A stretch of DNA of 64,000 nt, taken from positions 643 to 64,642 of the forward strand of contig CAMOUB010000001.1 of NCBI GenBank assembly GCA_946626345.1. Direction: 5' to 3'. Shown here in pieces: positions 40,526 through 49,123 of this stretch (position 1 is its first letter; every line of letters starts with the position of its first letter). Under the pieces are notes generated by a model. It worked only from the letters and a program-made list of their open reading frames with translations. It was not told where the DNA came from and did no database searches. Both the position numbers and the translations under genes were made by a program. Source of the stretch: an uncultured Bacillales bacterium (lineage in GTDB: Bacteria; Bacillota_I; Bacilli_A; Acholeplasmatales; Anaeroplasmataceae).

Positions 40526-40929
40526 TAAAAATCTCCTCCAAAAAGCATCTTTATTACATCCTCTACTTGATTACTAGATGCTTTACCAAAGGCACATAGA
40601 TTCGAAAAATGCTCACAATTATTAGAAATTAAATTATAAGTACCAAGTCCTGTGCCTACTTTGCTTTTAGCAAATTCTATTATTTCATCATTACTTCTTT
40701 TATTTTTTAATTCTTGATTAGTATAGGTTCTTACCTCAACTTTTCCACCATTTAAAAATTCATCTAAAGTAGTTACTATTATTAATGCATTTTCAGGTGA
40801 TATTTCGCTTCCCTTAGGAGATGCGAATTGATATACATGAGAGTCATCCTCATATATACCATGGTGATAATAAAAACCTCTATTTACTCTAATTTGATTA
40901 CCATATTCTGGCTTTTTAAATTCCCACAT
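40525..40929 (-). CDS. LRAT-like (permuted NlpC/P60) family protein
   Basis: HHGIY and YNLISNNCEHF catalytic motifs. Confidence 0.85.
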   Translation of the reverse strand: MWEFKKPEYGNQIRVNRGFYYHHGIYEDDSHVYQFASPKGSEISPENALIIVTTLDEFLNGGKVEVRTYTNQELKNKRSNDEIIEFAKSKVGTGLGTYNLISNNCEHFSNLCAFGKASSNQVEDVIKMLFGGDF

Positions 40930-41008
40930 ATTAATTACCTCATCAAGTAATTATTATAATATATATCTATAATATTTTAAATAAATTTATGGAAAAATTA
41001 TCACAATT

Positions 41009-42043
41009 CTATAAATATTTAATCATCTCATCAAATATTTCTTTATAGTGGTCATCTATAATACCAAAATCCATTTTCTTATAACTCCATAAAGCTCTTC
41101 CTATACCATAGTAATTAAATGCATCATTAATATGCTTAATCCAAGCTAAGCTTGATTTTAAATCAGCTCTATCAATAACTCCGTATTCTCCACAATAAAG
41201 TGCTACATTATATTTATTAGCTAAATCAACTGCTTCTTTAAATAGATTAATAAAGAAGTTTTCCTTTAATAATTTCAATGCATTATTTGCATCACCTAAT
41301 GTACCATTAGTTAATGCTGGTACTATTTTACATATTTCTCTATATTTATTTTCATCTACAGGATATCCTATTCTAAAATCAACAGGCATTTTTTCTACCC
41401 AAGGTGCACCTTGATGAGTAAATGCCATTGGTTCATAACAATGTACATTAAATATAATATTATTATCATATGGTGCTGGTATATATTTAACAGCTAACAC
41501 ACTTGAATATCCTACACCGCCATATAATATTTTTACATTAGGTGCATTTTTTCTAATCACCTTAATGCATCTTAATGCTAAATCATTCCATTCATTTATT
41601 ACATCAAATGATGTAACCTCATTTAGCATTTCAAACATCATCATATCTGAATATTTAGCATATCTTTTAGATAATCTATCCCATATATCTAAAAATAACT
41701 TCATTAGCTTTTCATTTGTAAAAAATCCTTCAGAGTAATCGAAATCATCAAATGTGTATCCTGGGGCTTTATGCAAATCTAATACGACATTTAAATTATG
41801 CTTTTTACACCAAGATATACATAAATCAATATATTTATATCCTATTGGATTATCACACATTTTCTTTTCGTCATATATATTTTCAAAATCAACTGGTAAA
41901 CGTAAGTGATCACAACCCATATCCTTTATTCTTTTAATATCATCTTCTTTTATAAAAGAATCTAGATGCTTAATATCTAAAGAGCCTTGTGATAACCAAC
42001 CACCTAAGTTTACTCCTTTAACGAATCCTTCTAATTTAATCAT
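41009..42043 (-). CDS. Glycoside hydrolase family 5, cytoplasmic (CelC/cellodextrinase-like)
   Basis: GVNLGGWLSQ, DHLRLP, LDLHKAPG, MLNEV, HCYEP, YCGEYG; no signal peptide. Confidence 0.92.
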   Translation of the reverse strand: MIKLEGFVKGVNLGGWLSQGSLDIKHLDSFIKEDDIKRIKDMGCDHLRLPVDFENIYDEKKMCDNPIGYKYIDLCISWCKKHNLNVVLDLHKAPGYTFDDFDYSEGFFTNEKLMKLFLDIWDRLSKRYAKYSDMMMFEMLNEVTSFDVINEWNDLALRCIKVIRKNAPNVKILYGGVGYSSVLAVKYIPAPYDNNIIFNVHCYEPMAFTHQGAPWVEKMPVDFRIGYPVDENKYREICKIVPALTNGTLGDANNALKLLKENFFINLFKEAVDLANKYNVALYCGEYGVIDRADLKSSLAWIKHINDAFNYYGIGRALWSYKKMDFGIIDDHYKEIFDEMIKYL

Positions 42044-43049
42044 TTTCTACCTCAAAATAATATTCTACTGTCTCATTATATTTTTTATTTTTTAATAATA
42101 TATCCTTTTTATCATTTAAAAAGGCACTATTAATTGTGTTAGGATGATACATACATTCTAAGCATATTGCATAATATGGCATCATCAATTTATCATTATT
42201 CATTAATAATTTTTCAACGTAATTACATGTATAAATCACTACTGTAGGGTATGTTGTCTTAATTTTTAATACTCTTTTTGATTCTTCATCCTTTAAGATA
42301 ATATTAAAATCATCATTAGAATCAAATATATATGGGAAATCATAACCATTAGTATTATCAATTATTTCTTTATCATTTATATAATCGCCTATTTTATGCA
42401 TATTTTTAAATGAATAAATCTTTTTACAATCAACTATTTCTTGTGGAATTAATTTTTCAATTCTTTCCATTTTTGAAGCGTTTATATAAAGGTTATGATT
42501 TAATACATTTGATTTAGCATTACCACTTAAATTAAAATATGAATGATTTGATAAATTACATAATGTATCATCACTTGCGATTGCATCATATGTGACAGTT
42601 AATTTATTTATTTCTTTATATAATCTATATATTACTTTAATGATAATATCTCCAGGATATCCTGATTCTAAAGCTTTTGAATAATATGAAAATATTACCT
42701 CAAAGTAATCATTACATTCTACTTTAGTATATTCAAATTCTTTGTATGAAATACCATCAATTCCTCCATGTAAACCATTAGGATCATTAGAATTTATAGT
42801 ATATTCTTTACCATTTAATATAAATTTAGAATTTGAAATTCTTCCTCCTGTTCTACCTATTGTTTTACCAAGGTAGCTTCTTTCAGTTATAAAATCATCT
42901 TCATTTTTTGGTGTATATAAAATAGATTCTAATTTTTTATTTTTATCTATAGTTTTAATATCATATATAGATGCCCCTATATTTGATAATGTAACTATAG
43001 TATTGAATTTATTTTTTATTTCAATAAAATATACCATTTTATATTCCAC
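42036..43049 (-). CDS. galM: Aldose 1-epimerase (mutarotase)
   Basis: IGRTGGRI, LHGG, GYPG, NHSYFNL, CLE. Confidence 0.88.
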   Translation of the reverse strand: MEYKMVYFIEIKNKFNTIVTLSNIGASIYDIKTIDKNKKLESILYTPKNEDDFITERSYLGKTIGRTGGRISNSKFILNGKEYTINSNDPNGLHGGIDGISYKEFEYTKVECNDYFEVIFSYYSKALESGYPGDIIIKVIYRLYKEINKLTVTYDAIASDDTLCNLSNHSYFNLSGNAKSNVLNHNLYINASKMERIEKLIPQEIVDCKKIYSFKNMHKIGDYINDKEIIDNTNGYDFPYIFDSNDDFNIILKDEESKRVLKIKTTYPTVVIYTCNYVEKLLMNNDKLMMPYYAICLECMYHPNTINSAFLNDKKDILLKNKKYNETVEYYFEVEND

Positions 43050-44385
43050 CCTTTTCTATAATCTTTTTATATTCGAAATATGAATCCTTTTCAATTCTTT
43101 TTCCTGTATTATAATCAATGTAAACTAATCCAAATCTCTTTTTAAGTCCATAGCTCCATTCGAAATTATCAAATAAACTCCAATAGAAATATCCTTTTAT
43201 TGGAATTTCTTTTGAAACTCTATCTAATTCAATTAAATATCTATTGATATAATCTATTCTTTCTGGGTCATGTACCTTATTATCTAGAGATACTATATCA
43301 TTATTACAAAATCCATTTTCAGATATTATAATTGGTAATTTATATCTTTCATATAAATATTTAGGCCCATAATATAATGCCTTAGGCACAACCTGAAGCC
43401 AATCAATATTACCTTCAGGATATCCAAATGGAAATGCCTCTTTTACTAAATTATTAGATTTATCTAATGAATAAAATGTAGCACTATATATATTTTGATA
43501 AATATAATCTAATGGTTGATGAATTAATTCTAAATCCTCTTTTTTTATATTAGGTAATATATCCTTAAATATTTCATAATATTCTTTAGGATAATCGCCT
43601 AAAAATATAGGATCACTATAAATTGATACATCATTTGCATATTCATTATCTCTGTTTACATTAAAATATTCTTTATAACACTTTTCATATAACAATTTAT
43701 TATTTATATCTGTAGGAATCATTGGTCTTGAGCATGGTGCAAATCCTATTTTAGAATTTTTAACATTCTCTCTTATTACCTTTACAGCCTTACCATGGCA
43801 TAATAATAGATTATGTATTGCGTGTAGCATATCCTTATCATTATATTTAACCCCAGGTGCGTGATTACATATATTATGTCCTAAAAACATAATACATTGT
43901 GGTTCGTTAATTGTAATATAATCTGTAACTAAGCCATCTAAGGCTTTAGTTACTACATCAGTATAATGCATGAAATAATTTGATATATCATCATTTAAAA
44001 AGCCACCTAAATCTTCAAGCCACATAGGCATATCCCAATGATATAATGTGACATATGGTTTAATATTATATTTTAATAATTCCTTACATAAATTAATATA
44101 ATAATCTAATCCCTTTTGATTAGGTTTATTAGATTCATCGATTACTCTTGACCATGAAATAGAAAATCTATATGCCTTAACACCTAAATTAGCTAATATT
44201 TTACAATCGTCTTTATATTTTATATAGCTATCACAAACTACACTTCCATCGCTATTATCTAATATTTTCCCAGGTGTTTTAGTAAATCTATCCCATATGT
44301 TTTCAACCTTTCCATCTTTATTTATTGAGCCCTCAATTTGATATGATGCGGTTGCACAACCAAATATAAAATCTTTATTAAACAT
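43039..44385 (-). CDS. GH1 beta-glucosidase
   Basis: FGCATASYQIEG, TINEP, ISENG, WSLFDNFEW; start at 44385 behind AGGAGG. Confidence 0.95.
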   Translation of the reverse strand: MFNKDFIFGCATASYQIEGSINKDGKVENIWDRFTKTPGKILDNSDGSVVCDSYIKYKDDCKILANLGVKAYRFSISWSRVIDESNKPNQKGLDYYINLCKELLKYNIKPYVTLYHWDMPMWLEDLGGFLNDDISNYFMHYTDVVTKALDGLVTDYITINEPQCIMFLGHNICNHAPGVKYNDKDMLHAIHNLLLCHGKAVKVIRENVKNSKIGFAPCSRPMIPTDINNKLLYEKCYKEYFNVNRDNEYANDVSIYSDPIFLGDYPKEYYEIFKDILPNIKKEDLELIHQPLDYIYQNIYSATFYSLDKSNNLVKEAFPFGYPEGNIDWLQVVPKALYYGPKYLYERYKLPIIISENGFCNNDIVSLDNKVHDPERIDYINRYLIELDRVSKEIPIKGYFYWSLFDNFEWSYGLKKRFGLVYIDYNTGKRIEKDSYFEYKKIIEKGGI

Positions 44386-44395
44386 ATGTCCTCCT

Positions 44396-44425
44396 AAAAA
44401 TAAAGACAATGGCGTGCCATTGTCT
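44396..44425 (-). terminator. Intra-operon terminator-like hairpin before the GH1 gene
   Basis: agacaatggc/gccattgtct followed by TTTATTTTT in the transcribed direction. Confidence 0.65.
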
Positions 44426-44436
44426 CATATTTAATC

Positions 44437-45369
44437 TTATCCTTTTACAGAACCAGATGTTAAATTCTTCAAGATAAATCTTGAGAAAATTAAATATACA
44501 ATTAATAATGGTACGATAGCTAAAAGCATTACCATATAAACTCTACCTAAATCGAATGATGCCGGATTAGATTGGTCATTTAATATAGCTAATACTAATG
44601 GTATTGTCTTATAATCATTTCCTTTATTTGCAAGTAATAGCTGAGGAACGAAATAGTTGTTCCAGCTAGATACGAATGCAAATATGAATTGAATTGCTAA
44701 AGCTGGCTTTAGAATAGGTAAAACCATACCATGGAATATTCTAAATTCACCTGCACCATCAACTCTTGCTGCTTCTACCATTTCCTTTGGTAAAATTGAT
44801 TCAAGATATTGCTTCATATAGAAAAATACTATAGGTGAAGCAACAGATGGTAATATTAATGGCATATATACCATAATAGGATTATTAGATGTTGTAAATC
44901 CTAAATCATTACACATCTTTACTAAACCAATTGCACCAACTTGTGATGGTACCATCATAACTAATAAGATAAACATAAATGCAAATCTTTTAAATTTAAA
45001 GTTATACATATGAATACCATATGCTGTAAATGCACTGAAGTAAACACATAATACTGCACTTATAAATGAAATAATAAAGCTATTTAAGAATCCTCTAAAT
45101 ACAGGTAAGCTTGTACTTGTTAAGCTTTTCCAGTTATCACCAAAATGCGTACCAGGAATAAAGCTAAATCCTGTTTGGATTTGAGCTGTATTTCTTGTTG
45201 AATTTATGATTAATACATAAATTGTGAATAAACACATTAAAGACAATATTACTAAAACTAAATATGCAATTATTCTTCTTGTTGTTAGTAATGCAATAGC
45301 CTTGAAACTTTTAGCATCATGTCCTGCGCCCCTAGTGTCTAATATTTGTTTTTCATTTCTACTTTCCAT
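44437..45369 (-). CDS. Carbohydrate ABC permease (MalG-like)
   Basis: VEAARVDGAGE, WNNY, GSVKG. Confidence 0.93.
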   Translation of the reverse strand: MESRNEKQILDTRGAGHDAKSFKAIALLTTRRIIAYLVLVILSLMCLFTIYVLIINSTRNTAQIQTGFSFIPGTHFGDNWKSLTSTSLPVFRGFLNSFIISFISAVLCVYFSAFTAYGIHMYNFKFKRFAFMFILLVMMVPSQVGAIGLVKMCNDLGFTTSNNPIMVYMPLILPSVASPIVFFYMKQYLESILPKEMVEAARVDGAGEFRIFHGMVLPILKPALAIQFIFAFVSSWNNYFVPQLLLANKGNDYKTIPLVLAILNDQSNPASFDLGRVYMVMLLAIVPLLIVYLIFSRFILKNLTSGSVKG

Positions 45370-46339
45370 TAGATGTCACCTTCTTACGCTTTTTTTGAAC
45401 AGTGTCTCTATAAGAAATAAAGTATACTGCAACACTTAATGCTGCTGTCATTATGAATATAATTACAGAAATAGCACCTGCATCACCATAATTCTGGCTT
45501 GTTCTAAATGTCATATTTAAGAACATAATCAATGTTTCAGAAGTCATATCTGGTCCACCAGAGTTTCTTGTAAACATTTGAGCAACGTCGAATAATTGAA
45601 TACCACCAATTAATGATGTAATAAATACATATACGAAAATTGGCTTTAATAATGGCATTGTAATATCAAAGAATGTTCTAAATGCGCCTGCACCATCTAC
45701 TGTTGCAGCTTCAAATACATCCTCATCAATACCCATTACACCACTCATTAATAATAATGTAGTATTACCAAACCACATTAAGAAGTTCATTAAACCAATA
45801 ACTGCTCTTGTTGACCAAACAGATGATAATACATCGAATTGCTCGTGTAATATACCCATATCCATCAATAGGTTAATTACTGGTCCACTTGGTGATAATA
45901 ATGTAATGAATAAGAAACCAAATGCTGATGCCATGATTAAATTTGGCATGTATATAACAGTTTTAAAAAATCTTTGTCCTTTTAATTTTAATCTTCTATC
46001 TGTAAACCAAACTGCAAGTAATAATGATACTACGATCTGTGGAACGAAACATAATATCCATAATATTAAAGTATTACCTAAATACTTCATAAAATTAGAT
46101 GCAGTAAATAGCTTTATATAATTATTTAATCCTACAAAATTTGGACCAATATCTGTCAAGCCTGATGAATACATCTCAAAGAAGCTATAAAAGAATGTTT
46201 GAAGTAATGGCCACAAAGAAAATATAGCATAAATTATGAAAAAGGGAATTATGAATATATAGCCCCATTTTGCATAATTAACTTTTTTTCTTGAGGTAGA
46301 TAAAGGTTTATTTTCTGATACAGAAATCTCATTTACCAT
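45359..46339 (-). CDS. Carbohydrate ABC permease (MalF-like)
   Basis: FVGLNNY, FEAATVDGAG, GGIQLFD. Confidence 0.93.
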   Translation of the reverse strand: MVNEISVSENKPLSTSRKKVNYAKWGYIFIIPFFIIYAIFSLWPLLQTFFYSFFEMYSSGLTDIGPNFVGLNNYIKLFTASNFMKYLGNTLILWILCFVPQIVVSLLLAVWFTDRRLKLKGQRFFKTVIYMPNLIMASAFGFLFITLLSPSGPVINLLMDMGILHEQFDVLSSVWSTRAVIGLMNFLMWFGNTTLLLMSGVMGIDEDVFEAATVDGAGAFRTFFDITMPLLKPIFVYVFITSLIGGIQLFDVAQMFTRNSGGPDMTSETLIMFLNMTFRTSQNYGDAGAISVIIFIMTAALSVAVYFISYRDTVQKKRKKVTSNGK

Positions 46340-46372
46340 TAAATATTTACCTACTTTCGTTTTAATTTAAAT

Positions 46373-46398
46373 TAGGGCAGGCAATCATGCCTGCCCTA
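46373..46398 (-). other. Intra-operon GC-rich stem-loop after the SBP gene
   Basis: tagggcaggca (46373-46383) / tgcctgcccta (46388-46398). Confidence 0.65.
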
Positions 46399-46405
46399 TG
46401 AAATA

Positions 46406-47773
46406 TTATTTCTTTAATTCTGGATATACTGTAGTTACTTTAGAATAGAAGTTTTCCCAAGCTTTATCTTCAGTTATTGTACCAGCAAAGTAATCCTTCA
46501 TTGCTTCTTGTAACTTTTCATTGATACCTTGATCGTATGCAGAAACATTCTTCATATCAATCTTTGGTGCTGCTTCAGAGAATAGTTTAACATGGTTTTG
46601 ACCACCTAAGAATTCTGAACCATATGAAGCATCGTTAGCAAGCTTAGTCATTGCTACTGTATTATTAGTATAATCTTGAGTGTCTCTTGTAATCTTTTCA
46701 GCAATTGTAGCATCACAAGTTAACTTCTTCATGATATCTAATACTTGGCTCTTATTATCAGTACCGTTTGCTGCTGCAATCCAAGTACCACCCCAATAAT
46801 AAGCTGCAGGTCCTTGGCATACTCTATATTTACCAATTAGATCTTCACCCTTATCATTCTTAATTGCTGCATTACCAGCTAATGTGAAGTTAATACCCCA
46901 AGTTGAATAGAAGAAACCAAATGTATTACCATTAATAGTTTGTTGCTTATTCCAGTTATCATCCCATAATGATGTCTTGTTGTTATAACCCTTGTCTGTA
47001 TATTCCTTAGTTTGCTTAATCCAAGTCTTTAAGCTTTCATCAATAACAATCTTCTTATTCTTATTTACTAGTGGTGCTTTGATGTTATTAGAGAATACTC
47101 TATATGAATCATCATAACCAGAAAGCATTGCATATCCTTTTGCCTTCATGTCAGCTGCAACACTATCAAATTTTGTCCAGTCAGCTAATTTAGCTTGAAC
47201 TTGATCAGGATCATGAGTACCTAATACTTTATCAGCAATATCTGTTCTATATGCGAATAGACCAGGAGTTGCTTGCCATGAAACACCTTTTAATCTCTTA
47301 TCTGCTGTAGCGATATCCTTAGTATATTGATACATATCTTTAGTATCTGTATCAGTTAAGCCTAAGTCCTTAACATCTAGAGAATAATTAGAATTTACAT
47401 ATTTTAAAGCATAGTCTGCTTCAAATAAGAAAATATCTACTTTATCATCAGCTGCAGCTGTTGATTGATTCTTTAAAGCAATATCTAGAGCATTTTGATA
47501 TGCGTTATCCTTATTAGCTGTTTGTTGGAATTTAACAACTGTACCATCGTTTAATGTAAATTGTTCATCTTTCTTATCTTCAGACTTAATAGATGGATAA
47601 TAATCTCTAAATCTTGAAATAAATTCATCATTCCATACTCTGATGTTTAAAACCTTACCACCATCAGAAACTTCAGCTTTATAAGCTTCTTTCTTACTAC
47701 CACATGATGCTAGACTTATTGCAAGTCCACCTAATGCAAGCATTGCTGCTCCAGTTAAAATTTTCTTTTTCAT
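46406..47773 (-). CDS. Cellobiose/cellodextrin ABC solute-binding lipoprotein
   Basis: Lipobox LASC; WQATPG, YYWGGTW and FLGGQN motifs; GH94/GH1/GH5 context. Confidence 0.88.
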   Translation of the reverse strand: MKKKILTGAAMLALGGLAISLASCGSKKEAYKAEVSDGGKVLNIRVWNDEFISRFRDYYPSIKSEDKKDEQFTLNDGTVVKFQQTANKDNAYQNALDIALKNQSTAAADDKVDIFLFEADYALKYVNSNYSLDVKDLGLTDTDTKDMYQYTKDIATADKRLKGVSWQATPGLFAYRTDIADKVLGTHDPDQVQAKLADWTKFDSVAADMKAKGYAMLSGYDDSYRVFSNNIKAPLVNKNKKIVIDESLKTWIKQTKEYTDKGYNNKTSLWDDNWNKQQTINGNTFGFFYSTWGINFTLAGNAAIKNDKGEDLIGKYRVCQGPAAYYWGGTWIAAANGTDNKSQVLDIMKKLTCDATIAEKITRDTQDYTNNTVAMTKLANDASYGSEFLGGQNHVKLFSEAAPKIDMKNVSAYDQGINEKLQEAMKDYFAGTITEDKAWENFYSKVTTVYPELKK

Positions 47774-47876
47774 TTCTTTTTCTTTCCCCTTTTAAAATTT
47801 TTTCTTCTTTTTCTTGTTCGCTAATTTTTTAAATGGTTTAGCCTCCATTTTTGTATGTTTTAAATCGTCAACACGA

Positions 47877-48887
47877 TTATTTAAGCTTTTTTACTGTTTC
47901 GCCTTTTTGTAGGCCACCAATAACTAATGTTCTATCTGCGATAGTAGTTTTTGGATTTTCTATTAATTCAATTAACTTCTTTGTTGCTTGTATTCCTATT
48001 TCAGTAGAATTTTGAACATAAGTTGTTACAACAGGTCTTAAAAGCCTTGAGAGCTTTATACCATCGTAACCAACGACGCTTATATCCTCTGGAATTTTAT
48101 ATCCTTGTTTCTCTATCTCCGTTATCCCTCCCAAAAGTGAATAATCATCTGGATACATAATTACCGTTGGCTTTTCTTTCAAATGTAAAAGCTCCCTCGT
48201 TGCTTCTCCACTTACTTTCGGTATATGGTACCTTCCTTTCTTTATGTATTCATCATTTACTGATATATTGTTTTCATTACAAGCCTTATAGAAGCTTGCA
48301 ATTCTCTTTTGAGTTACTGAAGTATCATCACCTGTAATAAATGCAATCTTTTTATGTCCCATTTCAACTAAGTAGTTAACTATGTCTCTAACACCTTGTA
48401 CGTTATCTGAAACAACTGATGCTACATCATTAAATTCATAATCAATTGTTACAGTAGGTATTTCACTTTCAACAAGCTTTACTACTTCTGCATCCTTGAA
48501 ATCGACAGATGCAATTATTACACCATCAACATTTCTATACTTAGCATGCTCATAAAATGTTAAGTAGTTTTTACCGAAATGGTGAGAGATGAATGTTATA
48601 TCATATCCATACTTCTCTGCTTCATCCTTTATAGAATTAAGCATTGATGAGAAATATTCATGTTCTAATCCTGAACTTGTTTCATCTACGAATAGAACAC
48701 CAATGTTATAACTTCTTTTAGTCTTAAGTAATCTAGCAGATGCATTTGGGATGTAACCCATCTCTCTTGCAATTGTTCTGATATACTCGGCCGTTTTTGG
48801 ATTTAGATCTGAATCACCATGCAATGCTTTACTAACAGAGGCAATTGACAATCCACATCGCTCGGCTATATCCTTGATCTTAACCAT
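47877..48887 (-). CDS. LacI-family transcriptional regulator
   Basis: IKDIAERCGLSIASVSKAL HTH, YIPNASARLL hinge, IPEDISVVGYD. Confidence 0.95.
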   Translation of the reverse strand: MVKIKDIAERCGLSIASVSKALHGDSDLNPKTAEYIRTIAREMGYIPNASARLLKTKRSYNIGVLFVDETSSGLEHEYFSSMLNSIKDEAEKYGYDITFISHHFGKNYLTFYEHAKYRNVDGVIIASVDFKDAEVVKLVESEIPTVTIDYEFNDVASVVSDNVQGVRDIVNYLVEMGHKKIAFITGDDTSVTQKRIASFYKACNENNISVNDEYIKKGRYHIPKVSGEATRELLHLKEKPTVIMYPDDYSLLGGITEIEKQGYKIPEDISVVGYDGIKLSRLLRPVVTTYVQNSTEIGIQATKKLIELIENPKTTIADRTLVIGGLQKGETVKKLK

Positions 48888-48911
48888 ATTATCACCATTT
48901 TTTCTAAACTT

Positions 48912-49104
48912 CTTAAACGTTTTCGTACCTTTATTATATGTAAACGTTTTATAATTGTCAATACCTTTTCGAAAAAAATTTAAAATTCTTTTTTAATACC
49001 CGTTTTTTTGAAAAAATATATTAAAAAGTATAAAAATTGGGTTGATTTCTATAAAAATCCTATATATAATTAAGAAAAAGGATAACTTAAACGTTTTCGA
49101 AAAA
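48912..49104. promoter_or_regulatory. Divergent promoter region with three LacI-type operators (TAAACGTTTT)
   Basis: cttaaacgttttcg 48912-48925, gtaaacgtttta 48940-48951, cttaaacgttttcgaaaaa 49086-49104. Confidence 0.8.
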
Positions 49105-49123
49105 GTGAATGAGGGAGTCAAAT

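Noticed and set aside
47790-47850. Lys-rich mini-ORF MEAKPFKKLANKKKKKKF between lacI and the SBP gene
   Set aside because: No SD; arises from the purine-rich leader, and a similar A/G tract precedes the other SBP gene
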